A stretch of 64,000 nt of DNA from the NCBI RefSeq assembly GCF_009914755.1, contig NC_060932.1. One strand, written 5' to 3'. Source of the DNA: the human T2T-CHM13v2.0 reference genome, Homo sapiens. Of the stretch, positions 13,401 to 26,415 are shown piece by piece. The notes under the pieces are model-generated. The model saw only the letters and a program-made list of their open reading frames with translations. It was not told where the DNA came from and searched no databases. Positions within the stretch are counted from its first letter, which is position 1; each line of letters opens with the position of its first letter. Made by a program: the position numbers and the translations under genes.

Positions 13401-16400
13401 GTGCCATTAAGGTGTATATTTTCTCTTATCTTGGTAGTTTTAGATTACAGGGTGACTCTAACTTCTCTTATTCATTCTTGACTAGAAAAAAGTAGTCCTA
13501 GGTAAGGTTTTAAAATTTGAATATGCTTGTCCAGTGCTCAGTTAAACCCTTTCTTGCTTAAAATATAGCCCATCATCTTGAAGCCATTAACAATAATTTT
13601 TGTCTGAGGCAGAATTCTTCAATTACTTGAGAGAGGATCTTTAATAGAAAGTAACTAATAGTTATGCTCAGAGGTTTTATCTCCTCCTAAAACTGCATTT
13701 TCAACTACTATTATTCATGCCCTATTTAGTGTCTGGGAACAGTTTTTCATACTCTGTACCTTCAAGGCCTGACATTTTAGTCAATTATATTTCAGAATAT
13801 ATGCAATGTATATGTATGTTGGCAAAAATATATTTCTTTTCAATTCTGTTTATATATCACATACCTATATATTTTATTTGTTTAACTCTTTTGAATTAAA
13901 AGAGAAAGCAAAAGTGGTCAATCCAAAATTCTGATTTTATTCTGCCACCTGCTCTGAAACTACTGTTATCCTTTATCAAGGGATACTTTCCCTCTTTTAA
14001 CATCAATGTTTTCACCAATGACTATCCTCCAGTGTGGCTAAAAATCAGGTTTGTATTGTTAGGGAAGTCAAAGAGAGTAAACCTTGGGTAATATTTTGAA
14101 GTCTGACAAAGTGACTAAATTAGCCACAGAATCTGAACTTAGTAGACTAGTTCAGTGAAATATATAAAGAACTCAATGACAGCATGGTTCAGGCAATGCC
14201 AAAGCTCTTGAATCAAATTGTAGCCAGTGCCATATCACTATAGAAGGCTTATTTCGATTAAGTAGTTGTGGTAGTTTTTGTTCTTATTTTGCTTACTACA
14301 ACCATGACTAAATCTTCAGCATTTATTCTTATCAATTATAATTTATTTCATCTTTTGATACCCCCATTTCTTCTAGAATTTTTTTCAAATATGCTCTTTA
14401 AAATACATATTTTTCTCTGTACACTCCCTGTAAATTATCTACAATAGTATATAGAAAAAAAGTTAGAAATTATTCTGAAGAAATTTTACTTAATGTTGTT
14501 TTAAAAGTATTTCTAGTTTGCACAGGGGTAGAGCAAGATGGCAGAATGATTGTCCCTCCTTGTAGGGACATTAAATTAACTATCTACACAAAATATCACC
14601 TTCATAAGAACCAAAAATCAGGTGAGCACTCACAGTACCTGGTTTTAACTTCATATCAATGAAAGAGGCATGGAAGAGGTAAGAGAAACTGTTTTGAATC
14701 GCTAATGCCACTTCTCCCCAACCCCTGGCAGTGGGGGCATGGTGTGGAGAGTGATTCTGTGTGCCGGGAAGAGGGAGAGCACAACAATTGTGAGGGACTG
14801 AACTCAGTGCTGCCCTGCTATACCAGAGAACAAAACCTGACCAAACTCAGCAGAAGCCCACCTATGGAGGAAGCATTTAGATCAGCCCTAGACAGAGGTG
14901 AATCACCAATTCCAGCGGTTAGATATTCAGTTCCTGCAAGCCTTGCCAGTGTAGGATAAAGTGCTCTGGGAACTTAAATAATCTTGAAAGGAAGTCTAGC
15001 CACAAGGATGGCAACTCCCAGGTGAGTCCTAGTGCATAACTGTGCCCAGAGTCAGAGGACTCGTGTTGGGGGTGGGCAAGCAACCTACTGAGACACCAGC
15101 CCAAGTAGTCTAAGATGTAATGGCATCACCTCTCCCCAACCCCAGGCTGCACAGCTCACAGCTCCAAAAGAGACCCTTTACTTCTGCTTGAGAAGAGGAG
15201 AGGGAAGAGTGAGGAGGACCCTGTCTTATATCTTAGAGACCAGCTCAGCTACAGCAGGATAGGGAACTTGTCAGAACTGTGAGGCCCCCTTTCTAGGTCC
15301 TACCTCCTGAATGACATTTCTAGACACACCGTGGGACAGAAGGGAACTCACTGCCTTGAAGGAAAGGACCTACTCCCAGCAGGATTTATAACCTGCTAAC
15401 TGAATAGCCGTGTGCTCTAAATAACCAGCAGCAATAGCCAGGTACTACGTCGAGGGCTTTGGGTGAGACCCTGAGACTTGCTGGCTTCAGGTGAGACTCA
15501 ACATATTTCCAGCTCTGGAGGCTATGGGGGAGGCTCCTTTTCCTTCAGAAAAGTGGAGAGAAATGTAAAAGAGACTTTGTCCTTTACCTTAGGTAGCAGC
15601 TTGGCCACAAAGAGTAGGGCACAAGTGAGCTCTTGGGGTCCCAGATTCCAGGACTTGGCTATTGGATGGTATCTCTCTGGATCTGCCCTGGGCTGGGGGT
15701 GAGGGTGGGGGCACTTCCATGAAGGGTGAGTCCTAGGCCAGGCAGCATTCATTGCAAGCTGACTTAAGAGCCCCTGAGCTTTAAGGGAACATCAGCAGTA
15801 CTCTGGCTGCACTCCCCATGGGCCTGTGGTGGTGGTGGCCATGGGGTGAGGGTTCTCTGTCAATGGAATGGCAAGGGAAGAGTGGGAAGAACTGTCTTGT
15901 GGTTTGAGTGTCAGCTCCGCCACAGTAAAATAGAACACCAGGTAGACATTAGACTTAATCTGCACTATATACCAAATGGATCTAATAGATATTTACAGAA
16001 CATTTCATTCAACACCTGCAGAATACATGTTATTTTCCTCGGTGCTTGGATTATTCTAAAGGATATACCATATATTAGGTCACAAAACAAGTCTCAAAAC
16101 ATTAAAAAATTGAAATAATATCAAACATCTTCTCTGACTACAATGGAATAAAACTAGACATCAGTAACAAGAGGAATTTTAGAAATTATACAAACACATG
16201 GAAATTAAACAATTTGCTCCTGAATGAACAGTGGGTCAATAAAGAAATTAAGAAGGAAGTTGAAAAATTTCTTGAAACAAATATTAATGGAAACACAATA
16301 TACCAAAACTCGTGAGATACAGCAAAAGTAGTATTAAGAGGCAAGTTTATAGCTATAAGTGCCTACATCAAAAAAGAAGAAAAACTTCAAGTAAACATCC

Positions 16401-18558
16401 TACTGATGCATTTTAAAGAACTAGAAAAGCAAGAGCAAACCAAACCCCAAATTAGTAGAAGAAAAGAAACAATAAATATCAGAGAAGAAATAAATGAAAT
16501 TGAAATAAAAAAATTAAAAAGATCGATGAAACAAAAAGTCGGCTTTTTGAAAAGTTAAACAAAATTGACAAACCTTTAGCCAGACTAAGAAAAAAGAGAG
16601 AAGATTCAAATAAATAAAATCAGAGATGAAAATGGACACAAGCGATACTGCAGAAATTCACAGAATCATTAGTAGCTACTATGAACAACTACAGGACAAT
16701 AAATTGGAAAATCTATAAGATATGGACAAATTTCTAGACACATACAGCTTATCAAGATTGACCATGAAGAAATCTAAAACCTGAACAGACCAATTACAAG
16801 CAACAAGATCAAAGCTGTAATAAAAAGTCTCCCAGTAAAGAAAAACCCAGGACACAATGGCTTTACTTCTGAATTCTACAAAAGATTTAAAGAACTAATA
16901 ACAATCATACTCTATTCTGAAAAGCAGAGGGGGAAGAAATACTTCCACAATCATTTTATGAGGCAAGTATTACCTGATACCAAAACCAGAAAAATACATT
17001 GAGAAAATAAAACTAAAGGCCAATTTCTCTGATGAATATTGATGCAAAAATTCTCAACAAAATGCTAGTAACCCAAATTCAACAATACGTTAAAATGAGC
17101 ATTCTTCATGAACAAGTGAGATTTATCCCTGGGATGCAAGGATGGTTCAACATATGCAAATCAATCAATATAATACATCATATGAACACAATGAAGGACA
17201 TCAACCATATGATCATTTTAATTGATGTTGAAAAAGCATGTGATACAAATCAACATCTCTTAATGATAAAAACCCTAAACAACTGGGTATATAAAAAACA
17301 TAAATAAACATAATGAAAGCTATATAGGACAGACCCACAGCTAGTATCATACATCATGAGGAGAAATTGAAAGCCTTTCCTCTAAGATCTGGAACATGAC
17401 AAGGATGCCCACTGTCACCACTGTTATTAAACCTAGTACTGGAAGTCTGAGCTAGAGCCATCAGACAAGATAAATATATAAAAAGCATCCAAATTGGAAA
17501 GGAAGATGTCAAATTATCCTTGTTTGCTGATGATATGATCTTATATTTGGAAAAACCTAAAGAATCCACAAGAAAACTATTAGAACTGATAAATAAATTA
17601 AGTAAAGTTGCAGAATACAATATTAACATACAAAAATTGTAGCATTTCTATAAGCCAACAGTGAGCAATCTGATAAAGAACTCAGAAAAGTAATCCCATT
17701 TACAGTAGCCATATATAAAGGTAAATACCTAAGAATTAACTTAACCAAAGAAGTGAAAGTTCTCTACAACGAAAATTATAAGACATTGATGAAAGAAATT
17801 GAAGAGGACACACAAAAATGGAGGCATGTTCATGGATTGGAAGAAGCGATATTGTTAGAAAATCTATAACACCTGAAGCAATCTACAGATTAAATGTAAT
17901 TCCTATGAAAATACCAATGACATACTTCACAGAAACAGAAAAAACAATCCTCAAATTTATGTGGAACCACAAAAGACACAGAATAGCCAAAAGTATCCAA
18001 AACAAAAAGAACAAAACTAGGAGGAATCACATTACCTGACTTCAAAATATACTACTGAGATATAGTAACCAAAACAGCATGGTACTGGCATAAAAACAGA
18101 CACATAGATCAATGGAACAGAATAGAGAACCCCCAAACAAATCCACACACCTACAGCAAACTCATTTTTGACAAAAGCGCCAAGAACATACACTGAGGAA
18201 AAGACAGTCTCTTCAATAAATGGTGCTGGGAAAACTGGATATCTATATGCAGAGGTATGAAACTGGAGCTCTTTCTCTTGTCATATACAAGATCAAATCA
18301 AAGTAGATTAAAGACTTAAATCTAATACTTCAAACTATGAAACTACTACAAGAAAACATTGGTGAAACTCTCCAGGGCACTGGTCTGGGCAAAAATGTTT
18401 TGAGTAATACCCCACAAGCACAGGCAACCAAAGCAAAAATGGACAAATAGGATAATGTCAAGTTAAAGCTTCTGTACAGCAAAGGAAACAACAAAGTGAA
18501 AAGATAAGCCACAGAATGCAAGAAAATATTTGCAAACTAGCCATCTGACAAGCGATTA

Positions 18559-18883
<325 letters not shown>

Positions 18884-18930
18884 TCAACATCATTGATCAT
18901 CATAGAAACGCAAATCAAAACTTCAACGAT

Positions 18931-19240
18931 GACAAGTGTGGTGGCTCATGCCTGTATTCCTAGCACTTTTGGAGGCTGAGGCTGGTGGACCACTTGAGCT
19001 TGGTACAACATGGTGAAACCTCATCTCTGCAAAAAGCACACAAAAAAATTAGTTGGGTGTGGTGGCATGCACCTATATTCCCAGCTACTCTGGAGGCTGA
19101 GGTAGGAGGATCAATTGAGCATAGGAGGTCGAGGCTGCAAACAGCTGTTATCACACCCCTGCACTCTAGCCTGGATGGCACAGCAAGACCCTGTCTCCAA
19201 CAACAAAAACAAAAATAAAAAACAAAAACAAAACCCTAAA
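18931..19240 (+). mobile_element. AluJ nested in L1, with a left-arm deletion removing the B box
   Basis: ggaggatcaattgagcataggaggtcgaggctgca (J-type right arm); cttgagc joined to ttggtacaac; CAAAA-type tail. Confidence 0.92.
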
Positions 19241-20856
19241 TAAACCTTCCATGAAATACCACTTCACCCCAGTTAAAATGGATTATATCCAAAAGACAGG
19301 TAATAACAAATGCTGGCAAGGATGTGGAGAAAAGGGAACCCCTGTACACTGTTGATGGGAATGTAAATTAGTACAATCATTATGGAGAACAGTTTGGAGG
19401 TTCCTCAAAAAACTAAAAATGGAGCTACTATATGATCCAGTAATCCCATTGCTGGGTATATACCCAAACAAAGGAAATCGGTATATTGAAGAGAGATTTG
19501 CACTCCCGTGTTTGTTTCAGCACTGTTCACGATAACCAAGATTTAGAAGCAACCTAAGTGTCTATCAGCAGATTAATGGATGAAAATAAATGGGGTGCTT
19601 ATACAAAATGGAGTACTATTCAGCCATAAAGAAGAATGAAATCCTGTCATTTGCAACAATATGGATGGAATTGGAGATGATTATGTTAAGTTAAATGAGG
19701 TATAAACAGAGAAACATCACATGTTCTCACATATTTGTGGGAGCTAAAAATCAAAACAATTAAACTCATGGGCATAGAGAGTAGAAGGATAGTTTCCAGA
19801 GGCTGGGAAGGGCAGTGGGAGTGGAGGAGGTAGAGAAGGGAGGTGGGAATGGTTAATGGGCACAAAAAATAATTAGAAGGAATTAATGAGACCTACTATT
19901 TGATAGCACAACAGAGTGATTATAGTTAACATAATTTAATTGTACATTTATAAACAACTAAAAGAGAATAATTGAATGGATTGCAATGCAAAGGATAAAT
20001 GCTTGATGGGATGAATACTCAACTGTCCATGATGTGATTATTTCACATCACATCCCGGTATCAAAACATCTCAGGTACACCTACCATGTACCCACAAAAA
20101 TTAAAAATGAAAATTTGTTCTAGTTCTATTATGTTATTGTTGTTAAATCCTGCAAGTACATTTTCTATCCAATTTAATAATCTCATCTGGACTATTATTA
20201 TTTTATACATATTTTACTTATTTACTAACAAATATATAAACTATGAGAAGTAGGTATTAAACAAAATGTATTTGTTTTATTAAAATAAAAGCTAGCTTCA
20301 TTTTGCAGAAAAAGAGGTGTGCTATGTTATTAGGAACAGGGAAAATTGCAAACATATTTATATTGTTAGTATTGCCTCTTGTTTAAATAATCATTTTTCA
20401 ACAAAATGTACAATGGACTACTGCATTTTAAAACAATTCCAAAAGCAAACTTAAAACTTAACAAGAAAATTCTTATTATATATATATTTTTTAAAAAAAG
20501 CTGAATGCAAAAATAAATCTAGCACCCTACTGACAAGAAACAGCCAATATTAACATCATTCTCCAATAACAGTACCAACTGATTTTAGGACTGGGGAAGG
20601 GATTATAAAAGACAGGCCCGGACATCTTGTCTCAGAAAGGAAGAAAGTGCCCAACACACACACATGCACATCCACACGCACACACACTTTGATGCGGGTA
20701 CTTCAAAGGAGCACACCGGCCCCCTGAAATGAGCTCATAATGGCCAAACCAAGAAATATTTGAGCAAAACCAAAAAAAAACAATTCAATAGTATTAAATT
20801 ATAGCCCAAAGTATAAAATAAATATCCATGAGCACATACAGATACAGATAGACATA

Positions 20857-20864
20857 TAGGTAGG

Positions 20865-20905
<41 letters not shown>

Positions 20906-20919
20906 GATAGATAGATAGA
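20857..20919 (+). repeat. Compound tetranucleotide STR (TAGG)2(TAGA)10 TGA (TAGA)3
   Basis: Read directly from the sequence. Confidence 0.97.
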
Positions 20920-21610
20920 ACAAATCTCCCAATGTAGAAATATTCCAAGTGATTTACATAGACATTCTGAATTCTGCCCTCACAATGGAAAACTGTAACT
21001 CTGCATTCTCCGCAGGTGTGGACTGTGTGCATAGGCACTTCTTATAAAGCCTACAATATGGAAAGGGGAATAAAGAGTACCTTTCCTGTGGAGAAACATG
21101 ACAAACACTACCTCAGTTAAGTGACCTTGGTCAATACCACTGGCTACACATCATGTTGATAGCATGCACTCTTGAGAGGATAAGATGGAATGGGCACTTA
21201 TCTCTGGGCCTTCCTCCCAGTACCCTATAATACCAGTCTTCTTAAAACAAAAATATTAGAGAAGTTTTAACAGAACACCTTGTAAAATATCTCACCAAGG
21301 CTCCTCAAAAATATCAAGGTTCTTAAAAACAAAACAAAACAAAAATTGAGAAACTGACAAAGCCAAGAGGAGCCTGGGAAGATATGGCAACAAATTACAA
21401 TGAGGTAACCTAGATGGGATCCTGGCACAGAAAAAGGACATCCTTTAAAAACTAAGGACACTTCTATAAGGTGTAGGCTTTAGTTAATTAGTTAACAATA
21501 ATGTACCATCATTTGTTCATTAATTAAAACAAACGTGTCATAGTAACATAAGATGTTAATAATAGAGAAAACTGAGTGTAGGATGTAGGGGAACTCTGTA
21601 CTATCTATAA

Positions 21611-21785
21611 TTTTTTTCTTTTATTTATTATACTTTAAGTTTTAGGGTACATGTGAACAACATGCAGTTCTGTTACATATGTATACATGTGCCATGTTGG
21701 TGTGCTGCACCCATTAACTCGTCATTTAACGTTAGGTATATCTCCTAATGCTATCCCTCCCCCCTCACCCCACCCCACAGCAGGA
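21611..21785 (-). mobile_element. Short 5'-truncated young L1PA (PA2-5-like) 3' end inserted in the L1MC/MD 3'UTR
   Basis: ttattatactttaagttttagggtacatgtg...gtcatttaacgttaggtatatctcctaatgctatccctcccc. Confidence 0.92.
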
Positions 21786-22219
21786 CGTCCCAGTTTTTTT
21801 CTGTAACTCCAAAACAGTTCTAAAATTCTGTGTATTAAAAATTTAATCTGTTCTATGGTTTCAGTTTGAGATAAAAATATAGTTATGTATATCACCCTGG
21901 TGAACTCTGGATGCTGGGATTTCAATTTTTAAATCTCTTCTGTATATCTTTCCTGTAGTTTACATTTTTTATAGTTTTCAAATTTGCCTTACAATGAGAT
22001 GTATTAATTTCATTATTATATAAAGCAGTAAACATGTTTTAAAAATTCTTAGGTCCTTAGAAAATGCCAATTATTTGCTCTAAATTTTAATAATAATGTA
22101 TTTACAATACAGTATTTTGCAATATGCTTCAAGAAAAATATATTTTTGTTATGCCACTTTTGTTTAGGTTTTAAACCATAAGTTCATCATTATTATCTTA
22201 AGCATTTTATTGGCTCTAG

Positions 22220-22306
22220 GAATTCTTATTTTATTACCAATCACATTAAGCGATGTGTCCAGGAATCAATGTTGTCTCAAATGCAGAAGTATAGTCTTCA
22301 TCTAAG
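22220..22306 (+). other. Candidate exon (87 nt; alternative acceptor at 22168)
   Basis: ttggctctag acceptor, AAG|GTAAGC donor, non-repeat sequence; splice signals only. Confidence 0.35.
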
Positions 22307-23750
22307 GTAAGCCTGGCATGAGCATCTATGGTAGGATCTCTTTAATGACCACAGTGTTATACTTGACACGTGCCCAATTCTGTCCCCCTAGTTTCTAATT
22401 GCACATGAAGTGGTTTATCATGAATGAAACATCCTTAAATTTAAATTTAATGGGAATATAAAATCTGATAAAAGCTAAATGTTGGGACACACGGAGGATA
22501 GTTTATGAACAACTATTTAAGTACTGTGGAAAAATACTGTTATTATAGTTAAGAGTATTTGATGTTCTTAAGATCTTGCATGTATTTCTAGTCAAAATTT
22601 GTTTTCATTTTTGTCATACTTATTAATCTGAATGGTTTAGTGCCTGGCACACTAAAGATTCATTAAATCATTGTTGGATAAATTGGTAGATATAAAAACA
22701 TAATCACGGCTCAAATATGAATTATATGTGAGACTTTTATGCTATAGAGTAATCAGTAGAAAACATATCTTATTAGTTAGTGTAAATATTCAATTTTAAG
22801 CAAAATTAAATGTTGATCCTTAAAACATAATTTATTACAATTATAATACTTCATGAAGAAACTGCCAATCAGCTCATATGGAAGTTTTTATGTATTTTAT
22901 ATATTCCTTAGGCATAAAATCCATTTTTCCAATTTCATGTAAATGTGCTTTGATTTTTTCTGTATATCTAATTTAAAGGAAATAATTAACACATTAAATA
23001 CCAACTTACATCTTCTGTGGAAAATGAGACTTTGCTTCTTGATAATTGTACCTATCTCAAAGTTTATTCTGAGGCTATCTGTTGAGCCCCATCTGAGAAA
23101 AAATAAATAGAAGCACAACACAAATGAGTATTTTAGGGTATTAATACTATTAATCTACATATTTCATAAGATACCATCAGATCTTATACTTCCTCATGTA
23201 AATTATCCAAAATGTGATTATTCTGAATCTCCTTTTGTTGCTTTTGTTAAAGACATTTAATTAACGTTAACTTTCATTACATTTACTTATTTTTTCTTTT
23301 TATAGTTATAAACAAGGTTCTTAAAATTAAGATATATCATACTCTTATGGTGATATTTTTATACTTTCATATGCAATTTTGAGCTGGGCACTCAATGCAG
23401 TTTTTGGTTGGTTTCTCAGTAAAATAAAATATTATAGTAACAATTATTTACTTCCCCTCCAGCAGTGTTTTAAGTGTTCTTCCATTAGTAAATTGGTGTA
23501 AGAGAAAAATTTCCACATAATAACAAAATAATTTTATTGTAAATTCAATTTATCACGGCTCAATGTCTATATAATAAGTTTGTTTTCTTAGTATAGGGTA
23601 TATTTTGAAGCAATATTATTATAGCATTTATAAATGTTACCTGGACATAAGGCTCATTTTCCACATAGTGTATTATAATTTAAAGCAGTAAGTTTATTAA
23701 TTTTTTAATCTGATCATCTTTAAAATGATATTAAAATACAACAGTTAAGA

Positions 23751-23785
23751 CTGCACTTGTACCCCTTAAATTTATACAAATAAAA
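23751..23785 (+). mobile_element. About 35-bp extreme 3' tip of an L1PB/L1MA element
   Basis: ctgcacttgtaccccttaaatttatacaaataaaa. Confidence 0.6.
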
Positions 23786-23806
23786 TATAGGACAGTGGTT
23801 AGATAA

Positions 23807-24133
23807 TTTGTGTTTTTTTCTTTCTTTCTTTTTTTTTTTTTTGAGATGAAGTCTTGCTCTGTCACCCAGGCTGGAGTGCAGTGATACAATCTTGGATTTT
23901 GGCTCGCTGCATCCTCTGCCTCTTGGGTTTAAGCGATTCTCCTGCCTCAGCCTCCCAAGTAGCTGGGATTACAGGCACCTGCCACCACACACGGCTAATC
24001 TTTTTTTTTTTGTATTTTTAGTAGAGATGGGGTTTCACGATGTTGGCCAGGCTGGCTTTGAACTCCTGACGTCAAGTGATCTACCTGCCTCGGCCTCCCA
24101 AAGTTCTAGAATTACCGGCGTAAGTGCCTGGCG
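23807..24133 (-). mobile_element. AluS
   Basis: Dimeric antisense Alu; TSD GTGGTTAGATAA (23795-23806) / GTGATTAGATAA (24134-24145). Confidence 0.95.
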
Positions 24134-24654
24134 GTGATTAGATAACTAATGGCTAAAGTTAAGTGAAGAAGATGTATATAAGCAATGAAAAATGAGCAAC
24201 CTTCAAATATGGAATCTAATGATAGAAATAATGGTTATTTAAATAACTACAAGGGTAATAAAAGACATGATGGTTATTTTGGTTTTTTTATTTGCAAATG
24301 CCAGGATCTATAGGCTTCTGGATGATGTGATCCAGACAAGCATTTTCCTTTCTTATTTGATCCCTTAAATGTGACACTGATTACACAACGGATGTATTAT
24401 ATGACCTCCAAAATCATACATTTAGGGTTTTTTTCTCCTCCTGTGATACAACACTTTATTAATAGGGTTATGTAAGGAGAGTTCCTCTGATCTTTAAACA
24501 GCTAAAACATGTGAGTTAATTGAAGATTACTTTCAGAAATAGACCCAACTGGGATGTTCATTCTAAAATTTCTGAGGAAAGAGTGTAAGACAAGCTGCTG
24601 AGACTTAGTTGTTTCTCTGCTCCACAGAGTGCCAACATCCAGGAAATGGGGTAG

Positions 24655-25068
24655 TGATATGGTTTGGATATTTGTCCCTTCCTAATCTCATGTTGAAATG
24701 TGATCCCCAGTGTTGGAAGTGGGACTGGTGGGAGGTGTCTGGGTCATGGGGGGAAATCCCTCATGACTGGCTTGGTGCCCTCCTCACAGTGATGAGTGAG
24801 TTCTCACTCGCAGTTCATGTGAGGGGTGGTTGTGTAAAATAGCCCAGCATCACTTCCTCTCTTGAGCTTCCTCTCTAGCCATGTGACACACCTGTTCCCC
24901 CTTAGCCTTCCACTATAATTGGAAGCTTCCCAAGTCCTCACTAGAAGCTGAGCAGATGCTGTGCCCTGCTTGTACAGCCCACAAAGCCATGAGCCAAATA
25001 AACCTCTTTTCTTTATAAATTACCCAGTCTCAGGTATTCCTTTATAACAAGCAAAACGGACTAACATA
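24655..25068 (+). mobile_element. MSTB-like MaLR solo LTR
   Basis: tgatatggtttggatatttgtccc...ggactaacata; perfect 5-bp TSD GGTAG (24650-24654, 25069-25073); AATAAA in gagccaaataaacctc. Confidence 0.93.
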
Positions 25069-25269
25069 GGTAGCAAATCAAGAATCATTCAACCATCATA
25101 CATTTACCATCACAGTGATTCAGCAGCTGAACTTCAAACAGGGAAGACAGATACTAATAATCTGTAATAGTCCTCTATTCAAGGAGTTTTATGTAAGGCA
25201 AGTGGACACAGATATGCAAATAAGTGCATTTTCCCCCTGTGTTTTGCACATATCCACCCAGTGCAATTC

Positions 25270-25625
25270 CAGAAGTGAAAGTCATGGATGAGTCCTTTTT
25301 AACCTCTCATATTCTTCACCCAAACTCATATCCAATTCACTGATGCAAACTAAAATGATTTTTCGATTTCATTAAAAAAAACTCATCTACTAAAAAATAC
25401 ACTGATATTTCTTTGATCTTCTCATCACAATCATATCATTAATCATCACTAAGTACTTGATATTTCTCTTAATCCATTCACTTTTGCAACCATTCCTTAA
25501 CTTGAGCTACTACCATCATCTCTAGTCAAATTTAAGGCCATGGCATCTGAACATGTCCTCATTTGTATGCCATTGCATCCTATCCCTGGCCAGGTGATCA
25601 CTGATTCTCTACAATGCAACTGAAT
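25270..25625 (+). mobile_element. L2 relic
   Basis: Degenerate L2-like motifs (catatccaattcact, taccatcatctct, ttctctacaatgca). Confidence 0.45.
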
Positions 25626-25699
25626 AATTAATATCTAATCGTATGTGCAAAATTACAAATCTTAAGTACACAGTGCAACAAATTTTTACCAAATAAACA

Positions 25700-26415
25700 C
25701 ATTCTATAGGTTTGTCAACCATGTTAAAATCCTCTATACTCACACTGATTGTTTTGTCCATTGCATCATTTGAGGTTTACTAAAATCCCCAAGTGTGCTA
25801 CAGACTTATCTGTTTCTTCTTTTGTACTGTTAGATGTTACTTAATAGAGTTTTGAGGTGGTGTTATTATATGCATTAGAAATGAGGAAAATACAGGTCTT
25901 CTTGTTATACTGACTTTTGTCATTATGTAATGTCCCTCTGTCTTCAGTAATATTTGTAATCAAATTGCATTTTGTATGATATTAGCATAGTTTCGATTAA
26001 TTAATTTTTAAGGTACATCTTATTTTATTCTATTATTTCAAACTTACCATGTCCTTTATTTATGATATGTCTCTGGGAAGCAGAATACAAGGCTTTCTTT
26101 GAGGTGTATGTGTCCTATTTTAATTGTATTTTTATCTATCTTGACATTATTGTATTTTAGTTGAGCATTTAGTCCAATAAGACTCAATACAATTACTAAC
26201 ATATTTGGCTTAAATTTAAAGTCTTAATAGTTTTCCATTTGTACCGTTTTTCTCCTTTTTCTTTTTTCTCCTTACTTGCCTATTATTGGGTTGAGAAAGT
26301 ATATACTTTCTTCTGTTATTATTATTATATTTTCCCATCTGTTGGCTTTTTAGGTATGCATTGCTTTTAAACTCTTAGTGTTCAACCCAGAGCTTACATG
26401 TTATATTGTTATTTT
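25700..26415 (-). mobile_element. Old L1M fragment (ORF1/ORF2 junction region)
   Basis: tgtcattatgtaatgtccctctgtct, gagcatttagtcca: antisense L1 endonuclease start. Confidence 0.65.

Larger units (their letters stand above)
3870..13490 (-). mobile_element. Old L1M (L1MC/MD/ME-like) tract: several fragments from 3'UTR through ORF2, ORF1 and 5' region, with nested insertions
   Basis: T-rich antisense L1; ORF 9682..9885 (-) gives endonuclease-like DLTDIYRSLHLATAEYTFFSSTHET...HMLGHK; ORF1 C-terminal remnant near 11.2-11.3 kb. Confidence 0.85.
20500..21842 (+). mobile_element. L1MC/L1MD-type 3'UTR
   Basis: aaagtataaaataaatatccatgag, ggagaaacatgacaaacactacctcag, gggaactctgtactatct...ttctgtaactccaaaacagttctaaaa. 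Confidence 0.75.

Noticed and set aside
15935-15960. 5'UTR-ORF2 junction as a spliced L1 integrant (CAG|GTAGA donor)
   Set aside because: GTAGA is retained in the sequence, so the junction is not at that donor
22168-22305. Transmembrane-like frame VLNHKFIIIILSILLALGILILLPITLS...
   Set aside because: No start codon, ends in a stop just before the donor, and T-rich DNA yields hydrophobic peptides by default
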